A stretch of DNA of 26,085 nucleotides from a virus (IMGVR_UViG_3300020045_008200:1-26085), one strand, 5' to 3'; shown: positions 1-8,177, counted from the stretch's first letter. The notes: generated from the letters alone by a model not told the origin. Translations and numbers: made by a program.

Positions 1-261
1 TGTTGAAGTTGTATTTGCTCCAGTTCCTAAAGTATTATTATAATTATTCTTAACATAGTCGTTAACTATTTTATGAATATCAAAAGATATTGTAGGTTGT
101 AGTGCTACTATAGTTCTTTTAGATAATTGGTAGGTAGGTAGAACTAGTCTGTCGGCTATAAAGTCACCTCTATAAATATATAAATCTGCTCTTATCTCAT
201 CAAAATCACTAACAGGCGTTTCGATTATAAAATATGGTGATCTTGATAAAACTATTTCCAT
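1..261 (-). CDS. Putative virion tail structural protein, runs off the left edge (87 codons visible, MEIVLSRSPYFII...)
   Basis: ATG at 261, 2 nt after the stop of 264..791; open to position 1; not in the ORF track; lies in the tail module. Confidence 0.7.
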   Translation of the reverse strand, partial: MEIVLSRSPYFIIETPVSDFDEIRADLYIYRGDFIADRLVLPTYQLSKRTIVALQPTISFDIHKIVNDYVKNNYNNTLGTGANTTST

Positions 262-263
262 AA

Positions 264-791
264 TTATTTTAATGTATTTTTTAAGAATCTTTCAACGTCT
301 AATCCGTACGCTTCTATTAACTCATCTGGTAATCTTTCAAAACCTAACTCAAATGGACGTGAAAAGAATTTAGTTGCCTTCATTCCTTTGTTATAAACTG
401 ACCTTGTAATTAAAAATGCAGTAGAATCATAAGATAAAAAGCGTCCTGTTTTTTTATCCTTAAATTGAAAACCTCTTGCCCTTACCCATTGATTAATTCC
501 CTGTGTTAGTCCTCCTTTTTTTCCTGTACCACTTCCAAACTTATATGGACTATCAGGCGCTTTTGAACTTGATGCTTTGCCCTTAACTCCTAAGTCTTGA
601 AACTTACCATAATCAGCCATTTTAAATGAAAGTCCGAAACTATTTTTACTTACAACAACATCACTACCTAAACTATTATATAAGTCTTTAGAAACGTTTT
701 TATCGCCTTTGGTTAAGTTAGTTCTAGACTGTTGAATAACGTACTTAGAAAAAGCCTGTAATGTTTCGTTAGTTGATTGTCTGTCTAACAT
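264..791 (-). CDS. Putative tail completion/neck protein (HK97 gp10-like)
   Basis: 175 aa, basic; 'YGKFQDLGVKG' and 'KGMKATKFFSRPFE' resemble neck protein motifs; context. Confidence 0.5.
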   Translation of the reverse strand: MLDRQSTNETLQAFSKYVIQQSRTNLTKGDKNVSKDLYNSLGSDVVVSKNSFGLSFKMADYGKFQDLGVKGKASSSKAPDSPYKFGSGTGKKGGLTQGINQWVRARGFQFKDKKTGRFLSYDSTAFLITRSVYNKGMKATKFFSRPFELGFERLPDELIEAYGLDVERFLKNTLK

Positions 792-1237
792 ACCTCCATA
801 TTATTTGAAATTCCTAATTGAATATCAACTTGCCAACCGTCTAAAATATTAGTGAATTGATAAGTAATTGGAACGGGTGAAGGTTCGTTTAATAATTCAA
901 TATCATAATCATTATACTGTCTTTTCAAATGCGATACCAAACGATTAACAACCGCTCCACAAGTTGCCATATTATCTAATTCATTATCATTACCTAGCCA
1001 TTTATCAGTCGATTTAATTTTAGATATATTTCGTTGGTCTAATATATGAATAGTAAAATTATACGACACCATTCCAACCGGAAAACTCATTCCAGTAACT
1101 AATATGTGAGCCAAAGGAAATATATTTTTCTTGTCAATATCTACGTCGTTAACGTCTCCATGTGTACATGTGTTAACATCAATATCTTGTAGCAAGAAGT
1201 CTTTTAAATATTCAATAACAGTGTAAAAACTATTCAT
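785..1237 (-). CDS. Putative tail terminator/head-tail joining protein
   Basis: 150 aa, acidic, 'IFPLAHI' beta-strand pattern, position among tail genes. Confidence 0.5.
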   Translation of the reverse strand: MNSFYTVIEYLKDFLLQDIDVNTCTHGDVNDVDIDKKNIFPLAHILVTGMSFPVGMVSYNFTIHILDQRNISKIKSTDKWLGNDNELDNMATCGAVVNRLVSHLKRQYNDYDIELLNEPSPVPITYQFTNILDGWQVDIQLGISNNMEVC

Positions 1238-1478
1238 TTGCTTTTATTTGTTTGTTTTCTTCATTTGCTAAATCCACTTTAAAATCTAAGAAGGTTAAAA
1301 ATTCGTGTACTTCCAATTTAGTTGCTCTTTCAAAGTCGAACAAGCATCCTCCAGCAACTGTATAAATTGATTGATACCAACCCCACTTGTCACCAAATAC
1401 TGATTTAACTCCTCCGCCTGTTTCGACTGTTGAAAATAAACCTTCGTAGCTATCAATAATTCGTTGCTTAAATTGTAA
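1230..1478 (-). CDS. -1 frameshift extension of 1295..1963 (82 aa LQFKQRIIDSYEGLF...FGDKWGWYQSIY...KQIKANE; fusion about 244 aa)
   Basis: Stop-free -1 frame from the T TTT TTT heptamer (1484-1478) to TAG at 1232-1230, overlapping the start of the next gene; no ATG of its own. Confidence 0.75.
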   Translation of the reverse strand, partial: LQFKQRIIDSYEGLFSTVETGGGVKSVFGDKWGWYQSIYTVAGGCLFDFERATKLEVHEFLTFLDFKVDLANEENKQIKANE

Positions 1479-1963
1479 AAAAAAACCAATGAACCTAAAT
1501 AAACATCTAAAGGCATAAATTGCATAACATCCCTATACTTTGCTGAACTTTCGTATACTTCTATTTTATAATCTGCTTTTATCTTTGACACAATAGGACG
1601 GTATAATATAGCCATTGCGTTTAAATGAGTATCCTCTTCTTTTAAATAAGTATCCAAATCAATATATTCACCTGCCGAAATATTATCTAAGTTAGGGGCA
1701 AATCCAAACTCAATTCCTTCTAACGTAAAACGCTGAATAAATTTAGGTTCTTGTTTTAAAACCTCAGTTAATTGCAAAACAATAGCGTTATAATCTTTAG
1801 CTTCAATACTTCTAGCTTGTTCAACTGTTAATCTACAAAATATTGTAACCATTGCTAAACACAAGATATCTTCTGTAATATCTTCAGCTTTGATTACTTT
1901 TTGAAACTTCAAGAACTGGTCTAAAGTTATTTCGTTTAATGTTTCTGGTATTGTAACTTTCAT
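1295..1963 (-). CDS. Putative tail assembly chaperone (0-frame product, 222 aa)
   Basis: ORF track; contains the T9 slippery run GTT TTT TTT TAC at 1486-1475; first gene after a late-promoter motif. Confidence 0.55.
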   Translation of the reverse strand: MKVTIPETLNEITLDQFLKFQKVIKAEDITEDILCLAMVTIFCRLTVEQARSIEAKDYNAIVLQLTEVLKQEPKFIQRFTLEGIEFGFAPNLDNISAGEYIDLDTYLKEEDTHLNAMAILYRPIVSKIKADYKIEVYESSAKYRDVMQFMPLDVYLGSLVFFYNLSNELLIATKVYFQQSKQAEELNQYLVTSGVGINQFIQLLEDACSTLKEQLNWKYTNF

Positions 1964-1992
1964 AATTATATAACGTATTTATTGTTATTTGT
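1964..1992 (-). promoter_or_regulatory. Putative phage late promoter ACAA-N13-CGTTATA, copy 1
   Basis: Same motif and spacing as 23373..23401; 5 nt before ATG. Confidence 0.65.
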
Positions 1993-2698
1993 TTTTATAA
2001 ATTCTATCCTTTGCTATTTCAAAATACTTATCATCCATTTCAATACCTATAAAGTTTCTATTTATATTTATACAAGCTACACCAGTACTTCCTGAACCCA
2101 TTGTAAAATCTAAAACTGTTTCGTTTTCGTTTGTGTAGGTTTTAATTAGGTATTCCATTAATTCAACTGGTTTTTGCGTGGGGTGTTGTTTACCCCTTCT
2201 GTCGTTATATATACTTATTATGCTTTTAGGATAATAAATGTTATTTTTAACTCTTATAGCATTATTATTATGATTGTTTGCGCTTTGATAAGTAGCTTTG
2301 TTTTTATTGTTTTTAAAAACTGGATTACCTCTCTCTTCCATTTGTGGGTAATAATTATGTATATTGAATAACATAATATTTTCAACTACTCTACTTGGTT
2401 GTTTTTTAACAAGCATACTATTGCCTCCTAGTTTTTTATCCCATTGCCAATCATACTTATAATTTTTAATATTGCTCATTCGTAAAGCAGAACTAAAAGG
2501 CTCAGAACCGAATAAAACAATTGCACCGTTTGGTTTTATAATTCTGTTCAACTGCTCCCACATTAAATCAAAAGGAATAACTGAATCCCATTTGCAAGCC
2601 GTTATTCCATAAGGAGGGTCTGTAATTATTGAATCTATACTTCCATCAGGAATTGACTTCATTATTTCTAAACAATCTCCTTTTAATAAATTTATCAT
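1985..2698 (-). CDS. DNA N6-adenine/N4-cytosine methyltransferase, beta class
   Basis: Catalytic DPPY near the N-terminus, HPTQKP, SAM-binding DFTMGSGSTG near the C-terminus. Confidence 0.92.
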   Translation of the reverse strand: MINLLKGDCLEIMKSIPDGSIDSIITDPPYGITACKWDSVIPFDLMWEQLNRIIKPNGAIVLFGSEPFSSALRMSNIKNYKYDWQWDKKLGGNSMLVKKQPSRVVENIMLFNIHNYYPQMEERGNPVFKNNKNKATYQSANNHNNNAIRVKNNIYYPKSIISIYNDRRGKQHPTQKPVELMEYLIKTYTNENETVLDFTMGSGSTGVACININRNFIGIEMDDKYFEIAKDRIYKNK

Positions 2699-2708
2699 AT
2701 TTGTTTTT

Positions 2709-3923
2709 TTATCCGATTATGTATTTGCCATCGTTTTTTCTTAATCCTAACACTTCCATTTCATGATAACGCCAAGCATCAATAGCATGATTAAAATTAT
2801 CAATAGGTTTGTTTAACTTTTCACCTGTACTTTTATCTTTATCCCAAGCATATTTTCTTAACTCTGAAATTAAATTTAGACTTGATGCCGTAACTAAATA
2901 ATTATTTTGTTGCAATGTTTGAATACCAAAATTAATTGAATCACTGCCCTTTGTAACTGCCTTAGCTGTTATTTTATAACTTTTAAGCTCTGCTATTGAT
3001 TTAGGCTCTGCACTATCACAATAACAAGGTAATGATGTTTTAATATACTTTGCTATTTCTGAATTGCTTAATCCTTTACGATAACATATTTCATTTATTA
3101 ATCTTTGACCATTGTATAAATAAACTTCAATAATACTTGTAGGGTCGTTTGAATACCCAAAATCTAATCCATAACCCAATAATCTAGCTTCTTTTGGTAT
3201 ATTATCGATAATAGTCCAATTATTAAAAATAACTCCCTCTAAATTTCCAATTTCACCAAATATATAAACTCTACACCAATTAGCCCAATATTCACTTCGA
3301 ATATTATTACTATCAAATATTTCTGGGTTAGGCAAATCAACATTGAAGAATGCTTTTTCTTTTTTCTCAATTAAATCTTCTAAAGTTTCTGGACTTAATC
3401 CCTCGTTATCTTCATAAGTAAGTAAAAGGAACTCCGAATTTTTAGAAGTCATTACCTCAGTATGTACCCAAAACTCATTGTCTGGATTAAAATCTATATA
3501 AGTAAATCTTGAACGAATCATTAAAGCATCAGCAATATCAAAATGAATGTGATTAGCTTCATTAATAAATAGTATGTCACGTTTACCGCTAGCTTTTGCC
3601 TTCCCTACGCTATCAAAACTTTTAAATTGTATTCTGGTTCCAGTATCTTTAAACGTGTAAATTAAAGCGCTTGCATTCCATTCTGAATCTAACCAACGTT
3701 CAGTATCAATCATTATAGTTTTAAAAATATCTAAAGCACCTTCTTTAACTGCTGGTAAAGTTTCTGCAACAATAGTTATTTTATACTTTAAAAACTTACA
3801 AGCTATATCAATAAGTAAAGGTACGATTGCATATGTTTTACCTGCACTAGTACCTCCTTGAATAACTTTCTTTCTAGCCTTCATTTTAGCTATTTTATTA
3901 ATAGCTGTTGTTCTTTTAAACAT
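2709..3923 (-). CDS. terL: Terminase large subunit (PBSX/Terminase_3 type)
   Basis: Walker A GGTSAGKT, Walker B ILFINEA, nuclease motifs GLDFGYSNDP and NHAIDAWRY. Confidence 0.95.
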   Translation of the reverse strand: MFKRTTAINKIAKMKARKKVIQGGTSAGKTYAIVPLLIDIACKFLKYKITIVAETLPAVKEGALDIFKTIMIDTERWLDSEWNASALIYTFKDTGTRIQFKSFDSVGKAKASGKRDILFINEANHIHFDIADALMIRSRFTYIDFNPDNEFWVHTEVMTSKNSEFLLLTYEDNEGLSPETLEDLIEKKEKAFFNVDLPNPEIFDSNNIRSEYWANWCRVYIFGEIGNLEGVIFNNWTIIDNIPKEARLLGYGLDFGYSNDPTSIIEVYLYNGQRLINEICYRKGLSNSEIAKYIKTSLPCYCDSAEPKSIAELKSYKITAKAVTKGSDSINFGIQTLQQNNYLVTASSLNLISELRKYAWDKDKSTGEKLNKPIDNFNHAIDAWRYHEMEVLGLRKNDGKYIIG

Positions 3924-4341
3924 CGTGTTCTATATCTGGGAATAAAGGTTGTTTAACCGATACGTTTTGATTTATGTTTTCAGACAATCCATTTAAACGT
4001 TGTGTTATGCTTGGATTAAAAACATTTAATAAACCGCCTAACAATTGATTTTCTCTTATGTAATTTTTAACACGTGAACAGATAGGTAAATATTCCTCAT
4101 AAACACTATCTATATTTTTAAAATATTGTTCAATACATCCAACTTCAACATCCCAGCAATAACGTTTAAACCCTTCAAAAGTTAAAGGTAGTTTTAGTCC
4201 ATCTGTAACTCTTTCACCCTCTTTACCTACATATTGTACCTTAAGCCATTCGCCCTCTTTTGATTTTAAATCAATAACGTACTCTTGGAATAAATTCCAT
4301 AAAGTTTCTGGGCTATCTATATTTCTTGGTCTCCCTGCCAT
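3916..4341 (-). CDS. terS: Terminase small subunit (P22 gp3-like)
   Basis: N-terminal GRPRNIDSPETLW motif; overlaps the start of terL. Confidence 0.8.
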   Translation of the reverse strand: MAGRPRNIDSPETLWNLFQEYVIDLKSKEGEWLKVQYVGKEGERVTDGLKLPLTFEGFKRYCWDVEVGCIEQYFKNIDSVYEEYLPICSRVKNYIRENQLLGGLLNVFNPSITQRLNGLSENINQNVSVKQPLFPDIEHDV

Positions 4342-4344
4342 AAT

Positions 4345-4677
4345 TTACAACTCATACAATTTAGTTAGCTTCTTAATAATAGCAACGTACAATCCTGCAC
4401 AAGTACCACAAAGTTTTACGTCGGTTTGGAAGCAATCGTTATACATTTCACCAATAACCCACCTATCCTGATTAACTAATACATTGCTTTTTCTTTGCAA
4501 ATAGTCACCAAACCAAATCTTTTGCTCATCGCTCATTGCTTTAGCTTTTTGAAATGGAAAAGCAACGTTTAAAATATCCTTTCTTTTATTGCAATTTTCA
4601 CAAGTGGTAATCCTAATTGCACTTGTAACGGTTGCAATGACGTCTCCGATTCCTGTAACTTTCTTTTTTCTTCCCAT
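4345..4677 (-). CDS. Hypothetical phage protein with two CxxC motifs (possible Zn binding)
   Basis: 110 aa; CENC and CGTC; between the sigma factor and terS. Confidence 0.7.
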   Translation of the reverse strand: MGRKKKVTGIGDVIATVTSAIRITTCENCNKRKDILNVAFPFQKAKAMSDEQKIWFGDYLQRKSNVLVNQDRWVIGEMYNDCFQTDVKLCGTCAGLYVAIIKKLTKLYEL

Positions 4678-5105
4678 GCTAAATTTTTACATTTATTTCT
4701 TATTTTCTGAACTGTCGAAATAGAAATATCGCTATCTCTTGAAAACTTTCTAAGTCCATCCTCATAAGAATGTTTAATTATTATTTGCTCGTAAGTCTTT
4801 AAACCTTTAAAAACTTTCTTTGTAACATTGTATTCTTGCTCTACTTCAAAATCTATCTCTGTATCGCTTTCTTGAATTAAAATATTTGAAATATCTAAAT
4901 CTATTATGTTTTTAGTTTTTCGCTTAGAATCAATAAAAATACTATTTATAACCCTATAAACATATCCGTCGTTAATTTCTTTTTTACAATCGTGTAGTTT
5001 TATATACATGTCATTAACTAAATCGTCAGCAGTCGAAGTGTCCTTGCATATATTAAATGCCATTTTTCTCCAGTAACTATCTTTTTTAGCTAATAATTCA
5101 ATCAT
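4569..5105 (-). CDS. ECF-type (sigma-70 family) RNA polymerase sigma factor
   Basis: Region-2-like 'AFNICKDTSTADDLVNDMYIKL'; region-4-like HTH 'GLRKFSRDSDISISTVQKIRNK'. Confidence 0.8.
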   Translation of the reverse strand: MIELLAKKDSYWRKMAFNICKDTSTADDLVNDMYIKLHDCKKEINDGYVYRVINSIFIDSKRKTKNIIDLDISNILIQESDTEIDFEVEQEYNVTKKVFKGLKTYEQIIIKHSYEDGLRKFSRDSDISISTVQKIRNKCKNLAWEEKRKLQESETSLQPLQVQLGLPLVKIAIKERIF

Positions 5106-5118
5106 AAGTTTTATTTTG

Positions 5119-5196
5119 TGGAGAAGACAGGAATCTAACCTGTGACGACAGACGCTATTATTACGGTCCCGCTCTTACCTACTGAGCTACATCCCC
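5119..5196 (-). ncRNA. tRNA-like element or tRNA pseudogene (Ala-type acceptor, aberrant anticodon arm)
   Basis: Acceptor GGGGATG/CTTCTCC+A; D arm GCTC-AGTAGGTAA-GAGC; T arm ACAGG-TTAGATT-CCTGT; no canonical 7-nt anticodon loop; no encoded CCA. Confidence 0.7.
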
Positions 5197-5232
5197 ATTT
5201 ACTTACTATAAATATAAATAAGTCAATATACA

Positions 5233-5240
5233 CAAAGATA
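5233..5240 (-). promoter_or_regulatory. Bacteroidota housekeeping -7 element TATCTTTG
   Basis: Matches TAnnTTTG; intergenic, upstream of the tRNA-like element and sigma gene; no clear -33 box. Confidence 0.55.
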
Positions 5241-5291
5241 GTAAAAAAGACAATATAATTGTATATCCTATAATTAATTTTGTTATTGGTT

Positions 5292-5723
5292 TCATAATCC
5301 TAATTGTTTAATAGCTGTTTTGGTTAGTTGTAAGTTGTATTTTACTAGGTTTTCTATTATTACATTAGCAAATCCTTTAACGAATATAATATCCGATTCT
5401 TTGTGATTTATAAACTTCCCTTTTATAACAAGCCCTTCAAACAAACATCTTTCTTTTGCTTGTTCATAAGCGTAAAAATCATGCCGTTCTTTATTGCCAT
5501 CAAAACTTTCTGGAAATTCTAAATAATCATTCCATCTTTGAGGCTCTTCTAAAACATTTCCATCTTCATCACAAGGAACAAACATCCATTTTTCCAAAGG
5601 TTTGATTAAAAAAGAATCGTAATTGCATCTTAAGATAAAGTAATCCTTATAATCAATTTCGCCTAAAATTAATTTTGATTCTATTTTTTTTCCAAAAGCG
5701 GTATTTGATATTAAATTTTTCAT
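5292..5723 (-). CDS. Hypothetical phage protein
   Basis: 143 aa ORF, ATG start overlapping the upstream stop. Confidence 0.75.
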   Translation of the reverse strand: MKNLISNTAFGKKIESKLILGEIDYKDYFILRCNYDSFLIKPLEKWMFVPCDEDGNVLEEPQRWNDYLEFPESFDGNKERHDFYAYEQAKERCLFEGLVIKGKFINHKESDIIFVKGFANVIIENLVKYNLQLTKTAIKQLGL

Positions 5724-5905
5724 AATTTTTTATTTTGTTCATAAACATAAGCAAATATATAACCACTAAAACACAATGATACAAAAGCTATAAAACCCCT
5801 CGCAAAACCATTCCATTGATTTATATCAAAAGAAGCAAATGTAAAAGATCCAGCAAGATAAAATATTATTAACATAGATAATGCTGATATAATTGCGTTT
5901 TTCAT
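5720..5905 (-). CDS. Small membrane protein (2 predicted TM segments)
   Basis: 61 aa, two hydrophobic stretches. Confidence 0.65.
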   Translation of the reverse strand: MKNAIISALSMLIIFYLAGSFTFASFDINQWNGFARGFIAFVSLCFSGYIFAYVYEQNKKL

Positions 5906-6149
5906 AGTTATAATTGTTTAATAATTCGATAAATTCCTGTTCTGTTATTTCATAATGCTGTTTGTCTGTTGGTATAATTACACAAAAATCACCATCTTCA
6001 TCAATACAAAAAAACTTATTACTTTCTAATAACTCAAAACCAACATACGAATCCCAGATTTTTAATTTATTATCAATACATAATTGTTTCATTCTATCGC
6101 ATTGTTCCTGCGATTCCATTTCTACGTACGTATTGTATATTGTTTTCAT
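5826..6149 (-). CDS. Hypothetical protein
   Basis: 107 aa ORF; ATGA overlap with the upstream gene. Confidence 0.7.
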   Translation of the reverse strand: MKTIYNTYVEMESQEQCDRMKQLCIDNKLKIWDSYVGFELLESNKFFCIDEDGDFCVIIPTDKQHYEITEQEFIELLNNYNYEKRNYISIIYVNNILSCWIFYICFF

Positions 6150-6589
6150 ATCTTTTCAAATGTAATTATTGCTTTCATTCCGTTTTCTTTAGCTTTTTTC
6201 TGCAAACTTTCAATTTCTTTGCTGTATTCTGGTTGTGGTTTAAGTCTGTATTTTCTATTAGGAAAACAAGAATAACATGATTCCCATTTTTCATTTTCAT
6301 TATCTCTATATTCTAATTCTTCATGACTCCAAACCTTCTCCACTTCAATATCACAAGCCTTTAGAAATATATATTTATCGAAGTATTCGTAGACTTTAGG
6401 TTTTTTAATTGCTATATGTTTAAAACTTAAATCTACATTGCTTATTGCATTACAATTATCATTACAATCATCACAATTAACCAGATAAGGATATTTATTG
6501 AAATCATATATTGAATTTAAAGGTAGTGTAATAAACCCCTTAATACTATAAAACTCTTCTTGAGTCATTTTCATTGCTATTGCTTCCAT
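6146..6589 (-). CDS. Hypothetical protein
   Basis: 147 aa ORF, Cys-containing, tightly packed. Confidence 0.75.
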   Translation of the reverse strand: MEAIAMKMTQEEFYSIKGFITLPLNSIYDFNKYPYLVNCDDCNDNCNAISNVDLSFKHIAIKKPKVYEYFDKYIFLKACDIEVEKVWSHEELEYRDNENEKWESCYSCFPNRKYRLKPQPEYSKEIESLQKKAKENGMKAIITFEKI

Positions 6590-6590
6590 G

Positions 6591-6692
6591 TTACTCTACT
6601 TTTAAAAATGCGTTATTGACTTGCTCGTTGTCGTGTAAATAAATATTATTACACATTTGTAACCACTCGTAAAATCTTAATTTATTTTTCAT
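6591..6692 (-). CDS. Small hypothetical protein (33 aa, MKNKLRFYEWLQMC...)
   Basis: Manual translation; stop 1 nt before the next ATG. Confidence 0.55.
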   Translation of the reverse strand: MKNKLRFYEWLQMCNNIYLHDNEQVNNAFLKVE

Positions 6693-6693
6693 A

Positions 6694-6768
6694 TTATCTA
6701 AATATTATTTGAATTTAAAAATATATTCCTATTGCTAATCCGATTCTAATTTGTGTTTTAAATTCCAT
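6694..6768 (-). pseudogene. Tiny hydrophobic ORF with internal TAA (MEFKTQIRIGLAIGIYF*IQIIFR)
   Basis: Fills the gap between neighbours only if TAA at 6717-6715 is read through. Confidence 0.35.
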
Positions 6769-7156
6769 TTATATCAATTGCTAAATTATTTTCTATTAGT
6801 CCGTAAATATCAAAGTGCATCTCATAAAGTAATTCTAATTCTCTTGCCTGTATAAATTTCATAGCATTACAACATCCTTTAAAAGTTGATATTTCCTCAA
6901 ATCTTAAGTAATAATACTCTTTAATTGGCACAAACTTTTCTCCATTTACTTCAATCTCTTTTGTAAGGTCTGAAAGTGGGCGTAGGATTGGTATACAATC
7001 TATTCTGCTTGTCATTGAATGGAATTCTTTATTTCTCCAAATTGCTTTTTTATCTATGTCTAATGAATGAAGTATATGTATTGGTTTTTCAATTTCTTCA
7101 ACACCTTTCAACCCATAAGGCAAATAACCCGCTAAATGTCGTAATTCTAATTTCAT
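6758..7156 (-). CDS. Hypothetical phage protein (MKLELRHLAGYLPYGL family)
   Basis: 132 aa ORF; ATGA overlap. Confidence 0.8.
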   Translation of the reverse strand: MKLELRHLAGYLPYGLKGVEEIEKPIHILHSLDIDKKAIWRNKEFHSMTSRIDCIPILRPLSDLTKEIEVNGEKFVPIKEYYYLRFEEISTFKGCCNAMKFIQARELELLYEMHFDIYGLIENNLAIDINGI

Positions 7157-7359
7157 AACCTTTCAATTTTTACAGATAGTCCACTTTCTTCAGCTTCTAT
7201 CGAATTAATATTTAATTTTTGCATTGCTATGCTCAAGGCTTTAATTGCAGGTATGTTTTGTTTCTTTTTAGAAACGTTTTGCTGTGTTATACTTAATTCC
7301 TTACTTATATCAACTTGCGTTAAACCAGAGTCTTTAAATAGAGTTTCGTATATTTTCAT
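7153..7359 (-). CDS. Cro/XRE-like helix-turn-helix DNA-binding protein
   Basis: 'SGLTQVDISKELSITQQNVSK' HTH pattern, 68 aa. Confidence 0.7.
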   Translation of the reverse strand: MKIYETLFKDSGLTQVDISKELSITQQNVSKKKQNIPAIKALSIAMQKLNINSIEAEESGLSVKIERL

Positions 7360-7468
7360 AATTTCTCCAAAAGTTTAATAATGATTGTGGTATTGTTTCA
7401 ATTGTGTATGGTATAACGTCCGGCTCTTGGTTTTCGTTAACCTTTGTTAGTATTTGTTCTATTGTCAT
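7334..7468 (-). CDS. Small hypothetical protein (44 aa)
   Basis: Manual translation MTIEQILTKVNENQEPDV...; packed between neighbours. Confidence 0.5.
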   Translation of the reverse strand: MTIEQILTKVNENQEPDVIPYTIETIPQSLLNFWRNYENIRNSI

Positions 7469-7470
7469 GG

Positions 7471-7617
7471 TTACTTATTTTTATATTTTCCCTTCATAGA
7501 GTTAAAATCACTCATGTCTTTTAACATATAAGACGCATATATAATTAAGATAATAAAAACAGTAAATATTATTTCATCTTGGTAAATTAACAATGCATGT
7601 AAAATTTGTTTTTTCAT
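7471..7617 (-). CDS. Small membrane protein (48 aa)
   Basis: Manual translation; TM-like IIFTVFIILIIYASYML. Confidence 0.55.
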   Translation of the reverse strand: MKKQILHALLIYQDEIIFTVFIILIIYASYMLKDMSDFNSMKGKYKNK

Positions 7618-7623
7618 AATATT

Positions 7624-7743
7624 CTATCTAAAAGGTTTATTTTCATCATTTACAAAAGACTTTCCTTTGCATAAAAATTCTGTTATTGTATCTTGAAGTA
7701 TGTACAAGATTACGAACGGGATTAAAAAGATAATTGTTGTCAT
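7624..7743 (-). CDS. Small hydrophobic protein (39 aa)
   Basis: Manual translation MTTIIFLIPFVILYIL...; A-rich upstream region. Confidence 0.5.
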   Translation of the reverse strand: MTTIIFLIPFVILYILQDTITEFLCKGKSFVNDENKPFR

Positions 7744-7778
7744 GGTTTTATTTTTTTTTTATTAAATTGGTTTACATA

Positions 7779-7919
7779 TCATTTCCGTTTCTTTTTTTTT
7801 GGAATAAGATGTTTCATTTTATTTCGTATTTTTTTTATATTAGATTTTGGTTCATATATATCTGGAATTCTATCTTGTAAATTATCAAAATTACTTAATG
7901 TTTTTTCAATATTAGTCAT
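7779..7919 (-). CDS. Small basic protein (46 aa, ends HLIPKKKKRK)
   Basis: Manual translation. Confidence 0.55.
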   Translation of the reverse strand: MTNIEKTLSNFDNLQDRIPDIYEPKSNIKKIRNKMKHLIPKKKKRK

Positions 7920-7933
7920 TACTTTTTGATTTT

Positions 7934-7984
7934 AAAAAGCCGATAATATAAAAGTTTATTTGCATCATTACATTTTCCGGCTTT
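7934..7984 (-). terminator. Long imperfect hairpin followed by T-run (terminator or processing site)
   Basis: AAAGCCG/CGGCTTT outer stem plus AATGTAA/TTATATT inner stem. Confidence 0.45.
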
Positions 7985-8009
7985 GTTTATTATTAATGTT
8001 TGTTTGGAT

Positions 8010-8177
8010 TTATATACTTAAATAAATATCAAAAAGTACTTCCGAAGAGACAACTTCTGAGCTTTTGTTTATCCATTTATTTTTACCTAAAAAACCCCAT
8101 CCTTTTAATTGTGTCCATTCAGCAAATTTTGTTTGGTTATTTTTATAATTTTTCGATTCTTGAATTATTGTTTCCAT
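8010..8177 (-). CDS. Small hypothetical protein (55 aa)
   Basis: Manual translation METIIQESKNYKNNQTKFAEW... Confidence 0.6.
   Translation of the reverse strand: METIIQESKNYKNNQTKFAEWTQLKGWGFLGKNKWINKSSEVVSSEVLFDIYLSI

Noticed and set aside
5118-5126. 3' end of the tRNA-like element (CTTCTCCAC) nearly complementary to leader loop GTGAGAAG at 12229-12222
   Set aside because: Needs a bulge, and the bases are paired in the acceptor stem; plausibly chance
5119-5196. tRNA-like element as an ochre/amber suppressor explaining the internal stops
   Set aside because: Its loop (CGTAATAATAGC) contains neither TTA nor CTA and is not a 7-nt anticodon loop
7412-7418. Additional CGTTATA match (and CGTTAT at 14546-14541)
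   Set aside because: No ACAA at the 13-nt spacing and no ATG 5 nt downstream
7745-7840. Long T homopolymers as phase-variation sites
   Set aside because: One is an intergenic A-rich initiation region and the others encode Lys runs in an intact 46-aa ORF
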